Below, one piece after another: positions 39,204 to 47,600 of a stretch of DNA of 64,000 nt. This DNA comes from a virus. Within the stretch, counting starts at the first letter, position 1, and each line of letters begins with the position of its first letter. The notes under the pieces were generated by a model. The model had not been told where the DNA came from and ran no database searches. It saw nothing but the letters and a program-made list of their open reading frames with translations. A program made the position numbers and the translations under genes. The stretch spans positions 622 to 64,621 of IMG/VR virus record IMGVR_UViG_3300025138_000035; one strand, 5' to 3'.

Positions 39204-40484
39204 ATGGACAATCTAATTGATAGTGTCACTAAAGACATTCGTTATGTAATAAAGAGAAGTGGAGATAAAGTGGTTTTTAAATCTGAAAAGATTGAAATGG
39301 CCATTTTAAACGCGATGAAAAGTATAGATAAAGTAGATGAGGGTATGGCTGAAAAAATAGCTAGACTCACAACTAAAGGACTTTTTAGAGGTAATAAAGA
39401 AAGAATTCCTAATGTGGATGAGATTCATGATATGGTAGAGAATAAATTGATGGATAATGGATTAAATGATGTAGCAAAAGAATATATTATTTATCGTTCT
39501 AAAAATCGACCTAACATTTTTTCAAAAAGAACTAATCTTAAACCTTATGAGTACCCAAATTTAAATGAATATGTGGACGCAATTAGACACTCCTATTGGG
39601 TACACACAGAATTTAATTATACGTCTGATATCCAAGACTATAAAGTACATTTAAATGAAAAAGAAAAATCTGCAGTTGAAAGAGCGATGTTAGCGATTTC
39701 ACAAATTGAAGTTGCAGTTAAATCATTTTGGGGTGACATTTATAAAAGAATGCCAAAACCTGAAATTGGTAATGTAGGTGCTACATTTGCCGAATCGGAA
39801 GTGAGACATGCGGACGCTTACTCACACCTAATCCAATTATTAGGGCTTAATGGTGAATTTGAAAATTTGTTAGAAGTTCCACAAGTGAGAAGAAGAATTA
39901 AATACTTAGAAAAGGCTATCTCAAACTCTAAATCGGTCGATGATAAAGAATACTTTGAGTCTATAGTGTTATTCTCAATGTTTGTTGAAAACGTATCACT
40001 ATTTTCACAATTTTTAGTTATTATGTCATTTAATAAACATAAAAATAAATTAAAAGGTATTAGTAACGCGGTTGAGGCAACATCTAAAGAAGAGAATATT
40101 CATGCTGAATTTGGGTTTGAATTAGTTAATTTAATTAAAAAAGAAAATCCTGATTGGTGGACACCACAATTAGTTGAAGATTTAGTGATAGCGACTAAAG
40201 AGGCTTATGAGGCGGAGACTGAAGTAGTTAATTGGATTTTCGAAAAAGGCGATTTAGAATTTTTAACTAAAAAACAAACAATGGAGTTCATTAAACATAG
40301 ATTTAATGTATCTTTGAACTCTATAGGTGTTGATAGTATTTTTGAAATTAATCAAACACTATTGGAAACAACTGAGTGGTTTGATGATGAAATTCTAACT
40401 ACAAAACATACTGACTTTTTTAATAAAAGAAGTATAAATTACAGTAAAAAACAGAAATCGATAACATCTAACGATTTATTTTAA
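39204..40484 (+). CDS. nrdB: Ribonucleotide reductase beta subunit with N-terminal ATP-cone (NrdBi/class Id-like)
   Basis: ATP-cone VIKRSG...EIHDMVENKLM...AKEYIIYR; ligands QIEVAVK, ESEVRHADAY, ENVSLF, EENIH; C-terminal DFF. Confidence 0.93.
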   Translation: MDNLIDSVTKDIRYVIKRSGDKVVFKSEKIEMAILNAMKSIDKVDEGMAEKIARLTTKGLFRGNKERIPNVDEIHDMVENKLMDNGLNDVAKEYIIYRSKNRPNIFSKRTNLKPYEYPNLNEYVDAIRHSYWVHTEFNYTSDIQDYKVHLNEKEKSAVERAMLAISQIEVAVKSFWGDIYKRMPKPEIGNVGATFAESEVRHADAYSHLIQLLGLNGEFENLLEVPQVRRRIKYLEKAISNSKSVDDKEYFESIVLFSMFVENVSLFSQFLVIMSFNKHKNKLKGISNAVEATSKEENIHAEFGFELVNLIKKENPDWWTPQLVEDLVIATKEAYEAETEVVNWIFEKGDLEFLTKKQTMEFIKHRFNVSLNSIGVDSIFEINQTLLETTEWFDDEILTTKHTDFFNKRSINYSKKQKSITSNDLF

Positions 40485-40509
40485 AAACAAACAATAATAA
40501 AACAATAAT

Positions 40510-42216
40510 ATGAAAAATAGAAAACCTTTTAATTGGATTAATGAAGAATCAATTACGTTTCTTCGTAGAGGTTATTTGAGTGAGGGTGAGGAACCTTTAG
40601 ATAGAATAAAAACAATTGCAAAACACGCAGAAAAACTATTAGGTAAAGAAGGGTTCGCCGATAAATTTTACGAATATATGAGTAAAGGATGGTATTCACT
40701 ATCATCACCAGTATGGGCAAATTTCGGTAAAGTAAGAGGTCTACCCGTTAGTTGTTTTGGTTCTAATGTCAGCGATAGTATAGAATCAATTCTATTTACT
40801 CAGGCTGAGGTTGGTGAGATGAGTAAAATGGGTGGAGGTACTTCAGGGTATTTCGGTAACATTCGTGGTCGTGGGGCTAAGATAACCGATAATGGACATG
40901 CGCCAGGAGCGGTTCATTTTATGAATCTTTTTCAGAGTGTAGTGGATAATATTTCACAAGGAGCAACACGTAGAGGTAGGTTCTCACCTTACTTACCTGT
41001 TGAACATCCCGACATTATGGAGTTTTTAGAGATTGGTACAGAAGGGGCTTCAATTCAAGATTTGACACATGCAGTGACCGTAACTGATAAATTCATGGAA
41101 GATATGATTGATGGAGATGACGATAAAAGAAAAGTGTGGGCAAAAGTAATTCAAAGAAGAGGTGAGATTGGTTATCCATATATTATGTTTCATGATACAA
41201 TGAATAACAACGCACCTGACGTTTATCAAGATAAAGGGGCTAAGATATATAACTCCAATCTTTGTTCTGAAATTGCATTACATAATTCTGAAGACGAATC
41301 ATTTGTTTGTGTTTTGTCATCTATGAATGTACTTTATTATGATGAGTGGAAAGATACTGACGCTGTTGAAACTATGGTTTATTTTTTAGATGCTGTCGTT
41401 ACTGAGTATTGTAATAAATTAGAGGAATTAAGAGACAACGGGACGAGAGAAGGTAAAATGGCGTTTTTATACATGGAAAAGGCTTATAACTTTGCTAAAA
41501 GACAAAGAGCTCTTGGTTTAGGTGTTTTAGGTTGGCATTCTCTTTTACAATCAAAAGGATTAGCGTTTGACACAAGAGAAACGGCTAAACTTAATGTTGA
41601 GGTGTTTAAAACCATTAAAGATAAATCATACAAGGCGTCAGAAGAATTGGCTAAAATATTTGGGGAACCAGAATATCTAAAAGGGTATGGTAGAAGAAAT
41701 GTAACACTTAATGCAGTTGCACCAACTACTTCTTCAGCATTTATTCTTGGTCAAGTTTCACAATCTATTGAACCTATTTGGTCTAACTGTTACGTAAAAG
41801 ACGTAGCGAAAATGAAGGTCACAATTAAAAATCCAGTATTAAAAGAATTGTTAAGTACTATGGATATGGATAATAAAGATACGTGGGACAGTATTAAAAA
41901 GGGTGATGGTTCTGTACAACATTTAGATTTTTTAAGTGATGAACAAAAAGATGTTTTTAGAACATTTGCAGAAATTAATCAATCTTCAATTATTAATCAA
42001 GCGGCAATCAGACAGGATTATATTGACCAATCACAATCATTAAATTTAATGGTGTCACCTGAAATGCCAACTAAAGATGTGAATAAACTACTTATTGACT
42101 CATGGAAATTAGGGGTAAAAACACTATACTATCAACATTCAATGAACTCAGCACAAGCATTTGCTAGAAAAAAATTAAATTTAAATGATTTACAATGTGT
42201 TGCGTGTGAAGGTTAA
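40510..42216 (+). CDS. nrdA: Ribonucleotide reductase alpha subunit lacking an ATP-cone
   Basis: PVSCFG, NLCSEI, FVCVLSS, APTTSS, KTLYY, C-terminal CVAC. Confidence 0.95.
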   Translation: MKNRKPFNWINEESITFLRRGYLSEGEEPLDRIKTIAKHAEKLLGKEGFADKFYEYMSKGWYSLSSPVWANFGKVRGLPVSCFGSNVSDSIESILFTQAEVGEMSKMGGGTSGYFGNIRGRGAKITDNGHAPGAVHFMNLFQSVVDNISQGATRRGRFSPYLPVEHPDIMEFLEIGTEGASIQDLTHAVTVTDKFMEDMIDGDDDKRKVWAKVIQRRGEIGYPYIMFHDTMNNNAPDVYQDKGAKIYNSNLCSEIALHNSEDESFVCVLSSMNVLYYDEWKDTDAVETMVYFLDAVVTEYCNKLEELRDNGTREGKMAFLYMEKAYNFAKRQRALGLGVLGWHSLLQSKGLAFDTRETAKLNVEVFKTIKDKSYKASEELAKIFGEPEYLKGYGRRNVTLNAVAPTTSSAFILGQVSQSIEPIWSNCYVKDVAKMKVTIKNPVLKELLSTMDMDNKDTWDSIKKGDGSVQHLDFLSDEQKDVFRTFAEINQSSIINQAAIRQDYIDQSQSLNLMVSPEMPTKDVNKLLIDSWKLGVKTLYYQHSMNSAQAFARKKLNLNDLQCVACEG

Positions 42217-42241
42217 GGGATGAAATATATGTGTATTATGT

Positions 42242-42274
42242 AAAAAGGTTGGATTCGTCTAACCTTTTTTCTTT
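42242..42274 (+). terminator. Intrinsic terminator after nrdA
   Basis: aaaaaggttgga-TTCG-tctaaccttttt followed by a T-rich tail. Confidence 0.85.
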
Positions 42275-42314
42275 TATATTTAGATAAAATAATCTGTGTT
42301 TATATTTATGAAAT

Positions 42315-42776
42315 ATGGCAGACGGTAAAACATACGGAGTATTTTTTCCATTTAGGGATAGTTTACAAGGAGACTACCTTAGATTGACTCAATCACCTAA
42401 TGAGGAGATTAGGGCGGATTTACTACATTTAATATTAACTAGAAAGGGAAGTAGGTATTATTTACCCAATTTTGGTACTCGTATTTATGAGTTTATTTTT
42501 GAGCCAATGGATGGGCCTACGTTTGATGCCATTAAGGCGGATGTTAGACAAGCCGTAGATACATTTATACCTAATTTACAAATAAATGATATAAGTATTA
42601 AACCATATGTCGAAACAGAGGCATTACCCGGAGAAATAAATTATGATGAATTAAGTGGACAAGTCTTTCGTGTGGCCAGTGATAGTGCTGTAGAGTACAC
42701 CGCAAAACTAAGAATTGACTTTACTATTGTTAATGGTACATTTTCATCAAAAGATTTCGTGATTATAAATATTTAA
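42315..42776 (+). CDS. Baseplate wedge protein (gp25-like)
   Basis: LILTRKGSRYYLPNFGTRIYEFIFEP; TATTTAT at 42303-42309. Confidence 0.9.
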   Translation: MADGKTYGVFFPFRDSLQGDYLRLTQSPNEEIRADLLHLILTRKGSRYYLPNFGTRIYEFIFEPMDGPTFDAIKADVRQAVDTFIPNLQINDISIKPYVETEALPGEINYDELSGQVFRVASDSAVEYTAKLRIDFTIVNGTFSSKDFVIINI

Positions 42777-42782
42777 TAGTAT

Positions 42783-44621
42783 ATGGCTAACCGTAAAATT
42801 TCATACACAGATAGAGACTTTCAATCCTTAAGACAGGAATTGATAAATTATACTCAACAATATTACCCGGATTTAATAGGTAATTTTAATGACGCATCCA
42901 TTTATTCGGTATTTATGGATTTAAATGCTGCGATTGGAGATAACCTACACTATCATATGGACCGTAGTATCCAAGAGACGGTACTCCAATACGCTCAACA
43001 AAAATCTTCAATATATAATATTGCTAGAACATACGGTTTAAAAATACCCGGTAATCGACCATCTATTGCCTTAGTTGACGTATCAATTACAGTGCCCGCA
43101 TTAGGTGACCAAGAAGACGAAAGGTACTTAGGTACAATGAGAGCTGGTTCTCAATTTATTGGTGGAGGTCAAGTATTTGAAAACCCTAATGATATTGAGT
43201 TTACTTCACAATATAATAGTGAGGGATTTCCTAATCGTACTAAAACCCCGAACTTTGACGCTAATAATCGTTTAATTAATTATACCATGACTAAAAGAGA
43301 AGTTGTGGTAAATGGTTTAACTAAAACTTTTAAAAAAGTTATCAATAATAATGATGTTAAACCATTTTTTGAGTTCTTCTTACCTGAAAAAAATGTTATA
43401 AGTATAACTTCGTTAATACAAAAAGACGGAGTTAATTACCAATCACCACCAACATATGATGAGTTTATTAGTTCACCTAATAGATGGTATGAGGTAGACG
43501 CTTTGGCGGAGGCTAAAATATTTATTGAAGACCCAACCAAGCCCGCCGACCAACCAGGAATTAAAGTCGGCAAGTATATTGAAACCGAAACTAGATTCGT
43601 ATCAGAATATACACCTGAAGGTTATTGTAAAATAAATTTTGGGGGAGGTACTACCACACCTGAAGAACAATTACAGGAATTTACCAGAACGGGTGTTCCG
43701 TTAAGAATACAGGATTATCAAAATAATATTGGATTAGGTGTGACCGTTAGGGCTAACACCACATTATTTGTTCAATATAGGATTGGTGGGGGTAAAGCTT
43801 CCAACATTGGAGTTGATGTGTTAACTCAATTTGGTACAACGTATTTTGATGTAAATGGACCATCTAGTACTATTAGTCAAAATGTCATTGAAAGTTTAAG
43901 GGTTACCAATGTTACTGCAGCAATTGGTGGAGGGGATTTACCTACCACTGATGAGGTTAGGAATATGGTATCATTTAATTTTGCGGCACAAAAAAGAGCG
44001 GTAACTGTAAATGACTATAACTCATTAGTTAGGACTATGCCTAGTAGATATGGTGCTCCAGCTAAAGCTTCGATTACTGAGGAAGATAATAAAATAAAAA
44101 TTGAAATTCTTTCATATGATAATCAAGGTAAATTAACGGAATCGGTATCTAATACTTTAAAACAGAACATAGCTAATTATCTATCACATTATAGGATGAT
44201 AAATGATTATATCGCAATATCTAGCGCTAATGTTGTTGATTTAGAATTTGACTTATCAGTTGTTATGGATTCTACTCAGAATCAAGGACAAATTATAACC
44301 AATATTATTAACTCTGTTGATAGTTATTTTTCACCCCAAAAACAACAATTAGGTAATAATATAAATGTTTCAGATGTAAGAAGAATAGTTCAAGACATCC
44401 CTGGAGTTATTTCATTATCCGACTTAAAAGTTTTCGGAAAGGTTGGCGGTAGATACTCTAACTCACAGACATCTCAACGATACTCCGACAGTCAAACAAA
44501 ACAAATAAAATTGATTGATGACACAATTTTTGCGCAACCAAATCAAGTTTATCAAATTCGTTTTCCTGATAACGATATCAAAGTAAGAGCTAAGTCACTT
44601 AAAAATGTCGACTTCTCTTAA
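42783..44621 (+). CDS. Baseplate wedge protein (gp6/BaseplateJ-like)
   Basis: DRDFQSLRQEL, AQQKSSIYNIARTYG, YRIGGG, IGGGD, RAVTVNDY. Confidence 0.88.
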   Translation: MANRKISYTDRDFQSLRQELINYTQQYYPDLIGNFNDASIYSVFMDLNAAIGDNLHYHMDRSIQETVLQYAQQKSSIYNIARTYGLKIPGNRPSIALVDVSITVPALGDQEDERYLGTMRAGSQFIGGGQVFENPNDIEFTSQYNSEGFPNRTKTPNFDANNRLINYTMTKREVVVNGLTKTFKKVINNNDVKPFFEFFLPEKNVISITSLIQKDGVNYQSPPTYDEFISSPNRWYEVDALAEAKIFIEDPTKPADQPGIKVGKYIETETRFVSEYTPEGYCKINFGGGTTTPEEQLQEFTRTGVPLRIQDYQNNIGLGVTVRANTTLFVQYRIGGGKASNIGVDVLTQFGTTYFDVNGPSSTISQNVIESLRVTNVTAAIGGGDLPTTDEVRNMVSFNFAAQKRAVTVNDYNSLVRTMPSRYGAPAKASITEEDNKIKIEILSYDNQGKLTESVSNTLKQNIANYLSHYRMINDYIAISSANVVDLEFDLSVVMDSTQNQGQIITNIINSVDSYFSPQKQQLGNNINVSDVRRIVQDIPGVISLSDLKVFGKVGGRYSNSQTSQRYSDSQTKQIKLIDDTIFAQPNQVYQIRFPDNDIKVRAKSLKNVDFS

Positions 44622-44692
44622 ATCTATCCATATACTTTTGACAAAATCAAATTAAAATTAGGATGAATAACTATTTATCTTAAAAACTAATT

Positions 44693-47600
44693 ATGCCAAA
44701 ATCAATTAGAATAAGAACAGAACCTGGAGTTGATAGAAATATTAATGTTAAAATTGACCAAGATTTTGATTCGTTAGAAATTCTGTCTTTAAAATTAAGA
44801 CAAGAAGATTTATACACACAGTTCTGTGCCGACTATGGTGTCGTTGTGGGTCGTGTTATCGCCAATGGAGGGTTAGGTATACCTAATGCTCATATTTCTA
44901 TTTTTATACCTTTAGATAGTGTAGATGAGGAAGACCCGATAATTTCTACACTTTACCCATATAAAACACCAACCGCTAAAAATGAGGATGGGTATCGTTA
45001 TAATCTTTTACCTTATGAGGATGAGTATTATGGGCACAATGCTACGGGAACATTTCCAACAGTTGATGATGTGTTAACACGTAAAGAAGTTTTACAGGTT
45101 TATGAAAAGTATTATAAGTATTCTGTAAGAACCAATGCGTCAGGCGATTTTATGATAGTAGGGGTACCGTTAGGTAGTCAAAAAATTGTTATGGATTTAG
45201 ACCTGTCTAATATGGGTGAATTTTCATTAAGACCTTCCGATTTAATTAGAATGGGTAGAGGGGTTAAATCTCAATTTAATGGTCAACTATTCAAAGATTC
45301 TGAAAATATTGATTCATTACCACAGATAGTTCACGAAATAAAAGATATCGATGTTAGTTCATTTTGGGGTCAAGATGAGATGTGTGACGTTGGAATTACT
45401 AGAGTTGACTTTGATTTATCTAACCAAGGTATTGAGATACTTCCACATTCTGTTTTTATGGGTTCGATTACGTCATCAAATGATGATGAATACATTAAAG
45501 CCACTTGTAGACCTAAAAAAGATACGGGTAACCTATGTGACATGGTTGCGGGTCCTGGAGAGATTTTAGCCATAAGGCACACAATCGAGGAAGATGTAAA
45601 TGGTGACCCTGTACTTGAACAATACCAATTAGAGGACGGTGGTAATGTTATAGATGATAATGGTGCTTGGTTAATTGACCTACCGATGAACTTAGATTAT
45701 ATAACCACTAATGAGTTTGGAGAAAGAGTAATTTCAGCCGACCCAACAATCGGTGTACCAACTAAATCTAAATACAGGTTTAAGGTTAAATGGCAAAATG
45801 AGGCGGGATTACAAACTCAAATAATGAGAGCCAATTATTTAATTCCAAACATAAAAGAACATTGGACAGGTACTACTAGTCCTGGCGATAATTATGGAAC
45901 GAATCCTATAAATAGAAATAAATCATATTCATTTTCGTTAGATTGGGGGGATTACTACGATAAAGATGCCGCAATAAAATGTGAGGATACATTTTATCAG
46001 TTTGGGTTTAATAAAGTATACACAACGGCAGCTCATATTGACCGTTGGAAATATGGTATTAATAGGGCATCACATTATGGTATAAAAGAAATTTTAGATA
46101 AGTCATGTGCGAGTGAGAATAATAGGTTTCCCACAAATGATGGTCAGAGAAATTTTGATTTAATATACTTCTTATTTAATATTTTACTAAACATTATTTC
46201 ACCAGTTATTTTTGTTATTTTACCGATAATGCACGTTTTAGCGTTACTATATCCAGTTTTTAGAGTTTTAATAAATTTTGTTTTGAAGATTGTAAATGTT
46301 ATAATTTTCTTTATTTGTAAAATTGTTGCGTCTATACCCTTCACTAAACTTAAGAGAAGTCAGTGTAAAAAAGAAACTATTGCTGAACTACCTAAAGATA
46401 ACCCATTCAAGAGGTTAACTCTACCTATGATTACTTATCCCGATTGTGAGGCTTGTAATTGTTCGGAAATTAATCTGCCGCCAGCTGAGAGTGATACTCT
46501 TGAGGATTTAAATGTGGCATTGGCGAATAACAACGACAGTATTTTAGCTGATTTTGTTAGTATTGGTGCGTATGAGCCACCAATTAAATGTTCTGGAAGT
46601 TCTCAATTACCTAATGGTAATACGATACCTGATTCGGGTACTGACTCACAAATTTGTTATTACTGTTATAATAATAACTCCCACCCCGACACCCTTGCGG
46701 GAGCAAATTACAATACAGTTTTATTTTCAGGATATGACCCTGATGCTGAAATAACAGGTGATGGGGCTGGTAATTTAACACAACCTTCTAATAAGTGGTA
46801 TAAAAGTCCTTTTGCTGTGGTGGACTCAGCTAATACTTCACCTTATCAAAGAACCGCCTATCATGTAACGTTACCTCAGGCGGTAAACTTAATGAATCAG
46901 AGGGAACGATATTTTGAACAGATAGAAGATGTGAATAATCCAGGTAATTTCATCAATAACATGACCCCAAATCGTATGTTGGTTGACCTTATAAATGACC
47001 AATTCGCATCTAATGGTGTTGTTCCTCCACCTCCAAGTCCTGGTGTAAATAGATACGAAGATATGCCTCTTATAATGGTTACTGACTCTCAAGTTAATAT
47101 GGATAATGGACAATTATTAAGTTTTGTAGACCCCGAATTGGTACCTGACGAAAACGTTAATAATACTGGATTAACAGTTAACCAATACGGGTACCAAAGT
47201 ATAGAGGGAACTATGACTTACAACCCTTCTAATTATGTTCAGGTTCCAAGTGCAATCGAATATATAGACCCTAATGGTAATACTCAGAATGTTGATATGG
47301 ATTTCTACTCACCTGTTTCAGGATTGTCATATAATTTTAAAACGGGTCTTGAGTATCACCAAGTAATTGGTAGTATGACGATAGGTGAAGCGTTTGATAT
47401 TATGACGGGAAACTCTAATAATACCATCTACATAAATCAATCAATATTATGGAATTATATGATTGGTAAAGTTAATCAGTTACCATGTGGTTACCCAATA
47501 CCTGCTCCATTTGGTGGTAAACAAGTTATTCAATCACTATCATGGACAGAATATTTTTCGGAATATAAATCTTTAAAAATATATTTTATGGCTAAGGGTG

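Noticed and set aside
3508-42216. Inteins or introns in polB, recA, dnaB, nrdA/B
   Set aside because: Sizes and motif spacing are normal; no splice-junction motifs or homing-endonuclease ORFs seen
44638-44666. TTGACA as a sigma70 promoter before the 1848-aa gene
   Set aside because: No -10 box at 16-18 nt spacing; the nearby TATTTAT explains the site better
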